Shown: positions 24,720-36,052 of the stretch, one piece after another | How the letters are laid out: each line of letters opens with the position of its first letter | Position numbering within the stretch: the first letter of the stretch is position 1 | NCBI GenBank assembly: GCA_030141605.1 | Contig: JAQGDQ010000596.1 | Location: 1-64,000, forward strand | DNA from: Tubiluchus corallicola | Lineage: Eukaryota; Animalia; Priapulida | DNA: 64,000 bases | Direction of reading: 5' to 3' | Made by a program: the position numbers and the translations under genes | Notes under the pieces: generated by a model | Told to the model about the DNA's origin: nothing | The model's database searches: none | What the model saw: the letters and a program-made list of their open reading frames with translations, nothing else

Positions 24720-25563
24720 ATGTCACTGCCACTAAATAAGTTTTGTGTATGACCAACGTCCACTCAAATTTAGGAAGTACAGCAAAAAGCCAAGATATGA
24801 ATGCATGTCCAGAGAAATACAATTCATATCGATCTAGTGCTGAAAACTATCTCCTGGTACAATTCTTCATCAAGCGAAATTATGGTTTCCAGAGAAACAA
24901 TTTCCTAGTAGAGAATTCCACAGATACGAAGTCAGAGGAAAAACGGATGTATAACTGCTGTTAAACATCTAGCAAACATAATAGAATTAGAAATCTGCTA
25001 CAAGAAATTTTAGTTTGTAATGCTATTCTTGAATTATTGCTGTCAGATAATTAAAATTTTATATAAAAATCTTATCAGTTTTAATGGAAAAACTGCAGAA
25101 GTCGTAAACCGGTGATGTACGTTTTTATTGGCTTCATTAAATAACTAAATGAGATAGTTTTGCTCACAAAAAACTACCGTGAAATTACCAAAATGCAGTA
25201 AAATCAAGACGAAACTGTGAGATACACTGAAGCCATGATATTACGGGGGGGGGGGGGGTAGAAAAGTCCATCAACCAGCAAAAAATTCTCGCCACTGTTA
25301 ATTAATCGCCAAAGTTCTAAATAATAAGCGTTTTTACAGTTCCAGTGATTGATGGTGATCGTGGAAAGGTCAAAGGTTAAGGGCATCAGACAATGCATTT
25401 GCGTACGCTTGACAACGCCTCGCAGTCCATGCTGTTGTTATACATATATATCATTTTTTATTTGTCTTTAAAATGCTTCACTCATTAGAATAAAATTGAA
25501 TAAGCCTCAGCGTTATTTTTACATAACAATATTGTTCAAGAATCGAATCCTTTATTTTATATC

Positions 25564-26652
25564 TTATCCTTTCTTTGCTTTCTTGGCCTTCTTGGGTTTC
25601 TTTTCTTTCTGAACCTTCTTCTTCTTCTTCTTCTTGCTTGGCTTTTCTTTTTTCTTTCGTCTCTCTTTTGCCTGAGTTTGAACGATAGTGTCCCCATTTG
25701 GCAAATTCGTTGTTACCTCTGCAGTAGTAGTCGGTTTAGTTGTGGTCACTTTCTCAGAAGTGGATCTTGTGGCCACTTTCTCAGAAGTGGATCTATCTGT
25801 CTCCAGTTCTGCATTAGCGCCCATTGGAAGTGGCATTCTGAACAGCAATCTTGCCTTATTGACAGGCTGTGGAGAAACTGTTGGCACTGTGGTATTTGGA
25901 ACTGCATCAACTGTTGACCACGTCTGACTGTGACAATGGAAAACGGCGTGGTGCCCGTCTACGCGTTTGCAGCAGTCAGACTCCCTCGTAGCTTCTGGAC
26001 AAACTGGCAAAAGAGAAATGTCTTCTGCATTGCAAACATCGCCAGACGTCACATTTGAACAATCATTTACGTGAGCGAGGACATCTTTGGAGCACTCTCT
26101 GGATGAGAGGGTCGTGTTCAATGGGGAGAAGGTAGAATTTGAGGTTTCCACACCTCCTCCTCCTCCTCCTAATGAAGCGTCACTTTTGTTAAAGAATTCA
26201 GACGAATTGCAAGCTGACAAATTGTCCAACGAAAATCGACAACAGACCATCCTTACATTTAGAAACGACGACATGTTGAAGCTAGTGCTTCCATTGGATG
26301 ACGGAGCTGAAGAAGCCTTCCGTGTTGTGGCTTCTGGCAAGTGAGACGACGCAGAAACAGTTGATGTAACGAACGATGTTACCGTTGAAAGCACTGTAGA
26401 CAACATGGACGTAATAGGCGAAGCAGTCGTTGGCCTTGGAGACGGCAGAAATGAGGCCCAGCATTTCAATTGCTTCTTTCCTTTTAAACCTTCACAAATC
26501 TTCGGCATTGTTACTGGTTGCATTGAACTATCACAAGGTGGATAAGTAGTTGTGTCATTGGAGTAACCACACTGATGTGGTCCCCATCCACATTGTTCAG
26601 AATGTGACACAATGCACAACAAGATAACACAATCCAATATCATCGAATTCAT
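25564..26652 (-). CDS. Uninterrupted 362-aa ORF: putative secreted Cys-rich, Ser/Thr-rich glycoprotein with a poly-Lys C-terminal tail; no family recognised
   Basis: Longest ORF in the window and visibly more GC-rich than its flanks. Hydrophobic N-terminus (MNSMILDCVILLCIVSHS), about 15 further Cys, 10 N-X-S/T sequons. AATAAA lies 7 nt after the stop, and a possible acceptor (tttttatag) lies 14 nt before the ATG. Confidence 0.7.
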   Translation of the reverse strand: MNSMILDCVILLCIVSHSEQCGWGPHQCGYSNDTTTYPPCDSSMQPVTMPKICEGLKGKKQLKCWASFLPSPRPTTASPITSMLSTVLSTVTSFVTSTVSASSHLPEATTRKASSAPSSNGSTSFNMSSFLNVRMVCCRFSLDNLSACNSSEFFNKSDASLGGGGGGVETSNSTFSPLNTTLSSRECSKDVLAHVNDCSNVTSGDVCNAEDISLLPVCPEATRESDCCKRVDGHHAVFHCHSQTWSTVDAVPNTTVPTVSPQPVNKARLLFRMPLPMGANAELETDRSTSEKVATRSTSEKVTTTKPTTTAEVTTNLPNGDTIVQTQAKERRKKKEKPSKKKKKKKVQKEKKPKKAKKAKKG

Positions 26653-28389
26653 GTCGAAATTAACGTCTATAAAAACTAAACTTTCAGCGTAATTATCTGT
26701 TTATTTGGCAAATTTTTCTCATGACGTTCGTAACTTGTTTCCTCCTCTAGTGCTTATAAAAAAGTATCAGTTAACCCAAGCACTTTGGAAAAATTCATGT
26801 AGTTTGGATAATACTGCTCACTTTAAGGAGGTAGGGGGTGGGGCAAAAATCTTCAACTATTATAAGGTTGGATTCGAAAATTTTACTGTACAAAGTGAAA
26901 ATGGGATTCAATAAGGGATGATAAGGGTTGGTTTATTGATTTTCTGAACAGACCCGTGGTAATCCAATTGTTTCACCCACGCCACGACCCCATCGGACGA
27001 GATGCCACCCCTCAAAAGTTCAACGCTCCCTGCTGCGTATATTAGTTTACTTCCTTTTCATTAGAGTTAACTTTTACATTTCCGGTTTCGCATTTTATAA
27101 AGGATGCAAAAGTTCACTTACACAAATTGATGGTGAATTACTCGAAGGCTTGCTTTCATTTCATCAACACAAAGTTAAACTTACTTTAATAGGTAAAATT
27201 CACGTCATACGATTTGTGTAAAAACCTTTATTATTCCCATTTTGTAGTCCTTAGTTTATTTACATATCTTATACTTATATTATTTATTTAGTTTAAATAA
27301 ATAGTTTCCACTCTCTTATGTTTATTTGCACATGAATTTTGTACATAACTTCGAAATTTTGTTAATTTCCAGCAATTTTCTCATATTGCGGTTTTTTTCA
27401 TAATTATAGCAATAGATGGCGCTATTGTCAATAATCAGTCAGTCGCAAACGCTATGTGATTAACTGGTACTTGTACGCAGTATATGTTTTTTATGTGTTT
27501 AATGTATTTTTACGTTATATACGTAAATTGGCAAATGAAGATTTTATCTATCTAATGTGCTAACATTTATGTAAGTGAAATGCATTTGTCCATTTTAATG
27601 TTTAATGCATTTTAAATATGAAATGCATTTAATATTATTATGAATTCCAAACTGTTCTTTGCTTTTAGACAATCCAATACCGACATCGTCATTTGCAGAA
27701 TGTGTCGCGACCTCTGGTGGCAATTTCCCGCACTATAATAGAACTCAATCATGTGATGAAGATTTGGAAGCAAAAGCGGTAATCGACTAGGAGTTAATGA
27801 TAACTTGGGCTCGATTCGGTGAAAGGAATTGAGAATGTTCAGAAATCACTTACGAACGAAGCCACTTACGTGATTGCAAAAATTACACAGCTATAAATAT
27901 GTTTCTGTATTTATTATATTGACTATAAGTTGTGTATTATGACGTTAATATCAACATCAATTCATAGCATTGGTCTTTCGCAAGGTATCTGGCAAAACTG
28001 CTCAAATACCGTCAACAAGTTACTAAACTTTTAAAGGCAAGGATAAGAAAATTTTGAACTGTGAAATGTATCAATTCTGCTGTACCTGTCAAACATTGTA
28101 AATATTAAATTTTATGGTCAATAAACTACTCTAGCTGGACAAGCAAGATGAACAAACTGCCTCTTTTACGAGTTTAATTTATGCTGCTGTATTGCAATTT
28201 TTATGTCTCCTCAGCCACACAGCTTTACTGTTTGTAATTTAGAGTCTTAAATTATTACAGAAAACACAATCTGCATGTGTTGGCTATGTAACGCCGGTAA
28301 GATACAGCCACAACAGTTGATGAATTAGTGAATACTAAAACGAACGGTTACTAAATGAGCATCAATTTAGATAACAATCTGAACAAAGT

Positions 28390-29600
28390 AAATCCACATT
28401 TCTTCTGCTTTCTTCAAAATCTCATTCCATCTCTTGATACGCATTGAAGTATTAACATTTATCAGAGTATTTCACACTCTTCGATCTGCAGCTAACAGCA
28501 CAACTTCTTCTACTCCTAACGACAGGTTTGGTTGAAGTTGTTGAACATCTTTATTTATCTTTAGCTATCCAAGTTGTTTTAGGTTTGCCAGGTGGTTTTT
28601 TTTGCAAGGTTTTAAGGCTTCCTTTAAGGTGATTCTTCCTGGTGCTTCATTTGGTAATTTTAGAAGATGTCCTAGCCATCTTAATCTTCGGACCTTGACT
28701 TTTGAACTCCAATAAATTTCTTTTGTTCTGGTGTATAAATTTTCCTTTTTTGATTATGTATGGCCATCTTATCTTTAAAACTTTCCTTGGAAGACTTCTA
28801 TGAAATGTGTCAATCTGGTTTTCTTGAGTGATCGTTAAACCCCAAGTTTCCTGTTGTACATAAATATACTGGTAACGTAAGCATTAAATAATCGAAGTCT
28901 TACGTTAAGATTTAATTTCTTGTGCTGAAGAAAAGCATACATTGTTTGTTGCTTTCTGCTTTTAATGTCATCTTCGGTGCTTAGAATAGTACCCCTGTAC
29001 TTGTACTTTTTCAAAGACTGATTACCATATCTTGCAATAATATATTCTTCTGTTTTTGACTGGTTTACTTGAAGATTTCTTTTCTCTGGTTTTTTTGGGA
29101 AAATCCCTTTTTATTGTGTTAGTTGGAAAATTTGATACACGGATCCATCCAATATCATCTGCGTATTGTTGATCAATAAAGAATGGTTCATAGGATTCCA
29201 AAGCAGGATAGGAGTGATCAGTGGCGGATTATGATTTTATGGGCCTTAGGCTTGAGCTTGGAACGGGCCTTTTAAATGTTGCTACACTGCTGAGCTGACG
29301 TGTTTTTGTGGAGCTCTCGTCGTTTGTAAGTTTGTTTAATTTTGTGAGTTTTTGCCCAACGATTGTGATAAAAATTATACCTTCTTGATCCTTGAGTTGT
29401 GGACTAGGACTATATAAACACGATTACAGCGATTATTTTGCCGGGCCCCTTTTGATCCCGGGCCTTAGGCTTCAGCCTATAGGGCTATCCGCTACAGGGA
29501 GTGATCCAGAATATGTTGAGGAAGGTTATCACAGACAGTGGTACGTAATCATGATCATCATTTGGAGGAGTGTGAATCTTAAGTGCATTCCATTACATAA
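28390..29600 (-). mobile_element. Degenerate RTE-like LINE reverse transcriptase, 5'-truncated
   Basis: Minus strand gives FFIDQQYADD, LQVNQSKTE, RLRLFNAYV, RRLRWLGHLLKLP, PPGKPKTTW, with frameshifts. Confidence 0.8.
29219..29497. mobile_element. hAT-type MITE inserted in the RTE element
   Basis: Perfect 8-bp TSD GGAGTGAT (29211-29218 and 29498-29505); imperfect TIR cagtggcggat / atccgctacag. Confidence 0.85.
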
Positions 29601-30602
29601 CTACTACCTCGTGATGAGCCCGCTTAAGCAATGAGGTAAATCTTGATAAGCGCAAACATTAAAATATTAACCATAGATAAGAACACTTCACAGGCTATTG
29701 ATGATGATGATAAGTCTTTCTTATCGTCTTTTCGCAGGCAAAAATTTCTGTAGAAACATTAGACGCTAGAGTGAGTTCTTCAACACTACATGTTACTCAT
29801 TCTGCAATTAGCTTCTTTAATGATGTAAAAGAAGTAAAATCAAAGTCATTAATGAAGCAAGTTTCCTGTCAGTAAGATAAAAATGCAAACAAATTAATAT
29901 GCCAAATTATTAAATTCCCAATTCAACATTTAAGTCCATAAAGAGGTACAACCAATAATCTCAAAAACTGCACAAATTTAAACCCTATTTTAGTGCAATT
30001 TAGCAGCAAGATCTTAAAGTAAAAGTTTCCTAAGTTAATGCCGATATTAAATTTACATTGTTGTTGCATTTCCCTGTTGTTGGCTAAATAAGTAAATCTT
30101 GAAATAAATCTTGAAATAAATCTTGAAATAAATCTTGGAATCTTGAAATTGAAATGCCACTACTACTATGGATGACTCCTTGTAGCGGTCAAATTTAGTG
30201 TGAAATTCAGATGTGTCAGTTAAATCTAGATCAACTCATCGTTTCACCGAGCATTAATGCCAGTGTAAATTGATTACGCCCCCTGCACGAAACTAAACGA
30301 GGAACATTATCGGGTGAGGGTGATGGGGGGTGCATTCCACCAAATTTTCATGATTTACTGCAAACAGAGACAACAAGTGAAGAAAAATACAGAGTTGTGG
30401 GGTCGCGCCAAAGCCCCAGATCAAACTGAATAACTCGTTCAGGTTTACCAAACAAATTAACACATTTCTCGAGGCTTTCAGACGAGATCTGATGTTTACA
30501 CAAGCATTGTCGAAGAAAAATAAATATTATTTCACCATCAATGGCCAAATGAAATTCAACAAAATTGGGAGGAAAACCGAAAAGGGAACGCAATCCGTAA
30601 GA

Positions 30603-31126
30603 AGCATTAGTAACTAGGGTTCAATCGTTGGTCCATAAGTGAGATCATGTAAAAATGCATGGAAAGAGTATCAGACGCTGTAACAGCTGTTGCACGAGTT
30701 TAAGCAAGTGTTGGCTGCCAGGCTCTGGCCTGCAGCATTAGTAACCAGGGTTCAATCGTTAGTGCATAAGTGAGATCATGTAAAAAATGCATGGAAAAAG
30801 TATTAGACGTTGTACCAACTGTTGCACGAGTTAAGCAAGTGTTGGCTGCCAGGCTCTGGCCTGCAGCATTAGTAACCAGGGTTCAATCGTTAGTGCATAA
30901 GTGAGATCATGTAAAAAATGCATGGAAAAAGTATTAGACGTTGTACCAACTGTTGCACGAGTTAAGCAAGTGTTGGCTGCCAGGCTCTGGCCTGCAGCAT
31001 TAGTAACCAGGGTTCAATCGTTGGTCCATAAGTGAGATCATGTAAAAATGCATGGAAAGAGTATCAGACGCTGTAACAGCTGTTGCACGAGTTAAGCAAG
31101 TGTTGGCTGCCAGGCTCTGGACTGCA
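30603..31126. repeat. 131-bp tandem repeat, 4 copies
   Basis: agcattagtaac at 30603, 30734, 30865 and 30996. Confidence 0.93.
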
Positions 31127-31709
31127 GTGTTCACTAACTAGTGAAGTTGGTCTTCCAGCCTAAGGTCGCTGTTTGTTTTCTACAGCAGAGTTAGACTCAC
31201 ACTTCGATTGATTAGTGATTTTCTTAGGCTGTAAATGGGAAAATAAGAAAGGGAGAAAAAATAAGAGGACTGAAAGGAGAGGGCAAGAGAAAGACAGCGA
31301 GAAATATTGAGAAAACACAGAAGAGAAGGCAGAAATAAAGTGAGAGAAAAAGAGAGTAACCAGGAGGGAGGCAGGTAGAGAGAGAGAGTGTGTATGCGAG
31401 TGAGTGAGTGAGTGAGTGAGTGAGTGTGAGGTGAAGAGAGGAGAGGAACAGAGCATAGGAGAGCAAAGGAAGAGGCGAGAGAATTCAAATTTCAAATTTA
31501 TTCAAATCTCTATTACTCTTTTGGGAGGAGGAAACATTACAGTCATTAGGAGAGAGAAAAAGAGGAAGAGAGGGGAAGAAGTGAAGAAAGAAAGGCGAAT
31601 AAGAAACAAGAAAATAATTACAAAAAACTAACAGAAGTTTAATTACAAAGAAGAGAATGGAAACTGAAAGTTCCTTCCGTCGTTAGGAACTATACTATAC
31701 TATATTGTA

Positions 31710-32210
31710 AGATTAGATTAGATTAGATTAGATTAGATTAGATTAGATTAGATTAGATTAGATTAGATTAGATTAGATTAGATTAGATTAGATTAGATTA
31801 GATTAGATTAGATTAGATTAGATTAGATTAGATTAGATTAGATTAGATTAGATTAGATTAGATTAGATTAGATTAGATTAGATTAGATTAGATTAGATTA
31901 GATTAGATTAGATTAGATTAGATTAGATTAGATTAGATTAGATTAGATTAGATTCGATTCGATTCGATTCGATTCGATTCGATTCGATTCGATTCGATTC
32001 GATTAGATTAGATTAGATTAGATTAGATTAGATTAGATTAGATTAGATTAGATTAGATTAGATTAGATTAGATTAGATTAGATTAGATTAGATTAGATCA
32101 GATCAGATCAGATCAGATCAGATCAGATCAGATCAGATCAGATCAGATCAGATCAGATCAGATCAGATCAGATCAGATCAGATCAGATCAGATCAGATCA
32201 GATTAGATTA
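31710..32210. repeat. Compound pentamer microsatellite (AGATT/CGATT/AGATT/AGATC)
   Basis: Direct inspection. Confidence 0.97.
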
Positions 32211-33414
32211 TTACATTTACACTTGTAACTACATTTACATTTATAACTACAAAAAACATTTAAAACTACAATCATTAAGAAATAATAAAAGTACAATAAT
32301 TACAGACATGAAACAATTCATTCAGTAACGTGAATCGTTTTTGCTTTCATCTTAACCCTGCGGTCTTGTTTCAATTATCCACAGCTAAACGCTTAAATGA
32401 ATGTCAAATGTTACAGTTTTTTCGATTGTGTTTAAATATTTGAGAGTGAAAATAGATACCTGAGTTCGAAATACATTTTACATAGAAGTTTCGAGAATTT
32501 TTTAGCCTAACAGATTGAGCTGATAGTTTAACTATAACATGAAAATTAAGAGACTTCGTCATCTAAACACATTTATCTAGCACTGCAATCATACTAAAAT
32601 GAGAATACTTTACTAATATATTCATTATAAGTAAGTTTAAAGAAGACAGGATGATTTTTCATACACTATCCCATTTTCAAGTCCGATAGCAAGCTTAACA
32701 CCAATAATACTGGAAAAGCGTTTCTGATAATTAAATAATAGATTAAAATCGTAATTAATGGCGAGCGAGCGTAACTACTGATCACATCACAAACTAACAA
32801 AATTTTTAACAGAAAAAATATTCCAGGAGCTTGTTGCACGTGTTTGTGAAAGTGATGTCATGGGTTACTCTTTGCGGCTTTGTGTTACCCCACCGACACT
32901 AAAACCATTAAACTGACCACTCGACGTATTTTTCTACAGTTCTTTGTATCTTTGTCTAACACTGACTTACCGATGTGGTTACAATGAATTTTTATTTTGC
33001 ATACCAAGATAGTTTCAATGGCTTCTTTTGGTACATTAACTCGAACAGGACTGACGCTACGACGGCATATGGCTTCAGTAAAACACCACAAATATTGACA
33101 CCCAGAAAAACTGAGTTGTTTATTTACACGAGTGGAAAAATTGCTTGGGATTTGTTAGCGGCACTTGCACCGAAGAAAGCTAATCATCGACTAAAGCGGT
33201 ACTCTGCATCAATCAGTCAAACATGGCGGAAGAAAAAACAGTTTACGACTTTACGATTAACCTAGAGAATTCAAGGCGCAATAAAGATATTCCATTAAAA
33301 CCCGAATTCTTCGACGGCAGTGAGCTGTGGTCCCATTTCTGGACTCCATTTTTAGTGCCGGATTTTGATTTTGTAGACCCCTGGGTTACAGAGAGTGTGC
33401 CGTCCCCTTCCCCC

Positions 33415-33662
33415 TAGTGACAATTAACAAAAGCGTGAATGTTGGATTCTTTAAATCAGTTTATTCAACTTCTACAACATAATGTCAACATTAGACCCAC
33501 AGTGACAATTAACAAAAACATGAATGTTGGATTATTTAAATCAGTTTATTCAACTTCTACAATATAACGTCAACATTAGACTACAATGACAATTAACAAA
33601 AGTATGAATGTTGGATTTGTCAAATTAATTTATTCAACTTCTATAGCAATGGCAACATTAAT
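33415..33662. repeat. About 83-85-bp tandem repeat, 3 diverged copies
   Basis: tgacaattaacaaaa...gaatgttggatt...tttattcaacttcta...caacatta occurs three times. Confidence 0.85.
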
Positions 33663-36052
33663 CCCTCTTAATCGGGTGCAAGTCTAATCGAACAGAAAGA
33701 GTAGAAATATTCTAATATTTACTAAATTAAAATAAATTTTTGAAATATTAAAGGACAAGAAAAGGCGTACCTGAGGTAGGCTTCAGAAAAATCGCCTAAA
33801 GAAATTATGTTACTTTACAGCAATTTTATCCGTATATCTTACTCGCACTGAAAGGATTTTTTGTTTGTTTTCATTTTAAATCTCCCACAATACTGTTCCG
33901 ACCGTGCTGGTACATGACGTCATATACGCACAACGTAAATCAGGGGAAGAAAAGGAAATGTTAAATTATGTCCCAAAAAACTTAGCATGCAAAATTATGT
34001 TACTTAGCATTTCGTTTACCTGCTTGAAAGACTTACGTAACTAGAAAAAATATTAATTATTTAAAATCTTTTCACCAATTGGTAGAATGTCGCTGACTCA
34101 CCCTCCAGGATGCACCACTCACTAACCAAAAAAGTATTTTTAATCTTATTGACAAGATACAATAATTTTAAATTTTACTTAGTTAGTGATGTGTGCGCTA
34201 CCAATGCTCTGATTATTTTTTCAAACTTTACTCAGTGTTATCTAAATTTGTATCAAATGGTCAAAATGGCTGCGCCTAATGGTCATCGAGGGAGCTTAAA
34301 TTTACAAGTTTTATACAACGTTACTGTCGACGCAAGTCTAATGTGCAAAAAGGTAATATATAAGTGGTAAAAAATTTCAAGACGAATTTTTGAGGTTTTA
34401 TGTAAGTTGAGGGTTTTCTTGTGATTTAAATACAATATGTACAATTTACAATAAATTGTAATTTTGTCAGTGAAGATGTGACCTCAATTCCTATAAAATG
34501 ACGTCATTGTAATCAGAATTGCCAGTGTGGCAGTACCAGTGAGTAGGAATAACGAGCAAGAAAACAATATTCAGATAATTCAGCAAACTTTTACTCTCAT
34601 TCTGTAATAACTTTTCACAGTAAATGAATTTCACTTAAATCTCTGGAGGACCCTCAGCTGGCGGAGGCACCTGGGCTGCCCTCAGCCCATGAAGCCCATG
34701 TCTAAATCCGGCAGTGCATTTTAGTGACCTCGGCGACTTCGGCTTGTCCATCTGTCATACGTAGAAAAACTGTAGGTACTTAAGCAGTGCACAAGTAAAA
34801 CACGAAAATTGCTTGGACAACCAATTTGTTTAATGGGTTCGTCTGGCAAGAAAAACTATTTACTTAAAGAAATCCCCTTTACGAATGGTCTTCCCAAGTG
34901 TTTTCTGCTAGCTTTTATGGCTTCCCAGTGTAAATATCTAGGTTGTTCTCACAACAAGTGAAACCCTTCTCATGCAGACGCTTAGAACTGATGCTCTTTC
35001 GATGTCTTAAACTTACTCACACCTAATCAGTCGTATGCGTAATAAGGTCACGTGTTAAAGGAAGACAGGATGATTTTTCCCGTACTAACCCATTTTCAAG
35101 TACAGTAAAAGTATACATTTTCATATCAATAATACTGTAAAAGCGTTTCTGATAATTGAATAATAGATTAAAATCTTAATTAACGGTGGGCGAGCCCAAT
35201 TATTGAAGACATCACAAACTAACACAATTTTCACCAGCAAAAATATACCACGAGCGTGTTGCACGTGTTTGTGAAAGCGAAAATTGAAGTGCAGTGTTAC
35301 TGTAAGATATTCAGTGTGTTGTACTAAAACTCGGCCAGCTTTAAGATAAAAATTCAAATTTCAAATTTACCACTGTGCTCACGCATGAGCTGTCGAAGTG
35401 TGTAGTTTGTCACAAACTAACACATCTAAACGGAGAGGTACAGCACCTGTTTTTGTGCAATGCGTTTCCGAAATGCAGTCACGAGTGCCCGTTAACTACT
35501 GAATGGCGAAATGCATGTACCAGCAAAGAACGTGAAATTGTGTTTGTGTGGTAATGGTTCTTTTACGTAAGTCATTTTTGAAAAAAAATAGTATGTTCCC
35601 ATTCAATATTTTAGATTGTTTTGACCTAGAGTTTAACATTGGGTCCGGTTTTCCTTTAGTGATGTCAGAATAAGAAAAACTACTAAAGATAAATTTGTCT
35701 TTTCGAAGACATAATATACTTCTGTATTTCAAACATAAGCAGATAATTTATAGAGTCAGAAAGATCATCAGATTCACGATGCAGAAGGTTACATTTTTCA
35801 ATGTTAAAAACTGGTGTAAGTTTGAAAAATAAAAGCTACTTTAGAAAAGTAAAGGTAAGTGTACACTGTTATATCAACAATAAAATATTCTAGATCACAT
35901 TTAGTGCTTACGGGTGGCAGACATAAATTTCGCTTGTAAAGGGAGCAATTCAAAGTATTTGTACCCAAGCACAATCGGCATAATAAAGCAGCAGCGCATC
36001 TATTTTCTGAAAAAGAAAGTTTAGATAAGGAACGAAACATTTTAGCTGCAGT

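Noticed and set aside
25564-26652. 362-aa ORF as an alternative mucin-like first exon of the collagen (as in long COL18A1 isoforms)
   Set aside because: The plausible GT donors I found inside it are phase 0, while the TSPN exon needs phase 1. The ORF has its own stop and AATAAA, and no Frizzled-type Cys pattern is evident. Not fully excluded.
33223-33417. 64-aa plus-strand ORF with a good Kozak context (MAEEKTVYDF...)
   Set aside because: Short and no recognisable homology; could be a TE fragment.
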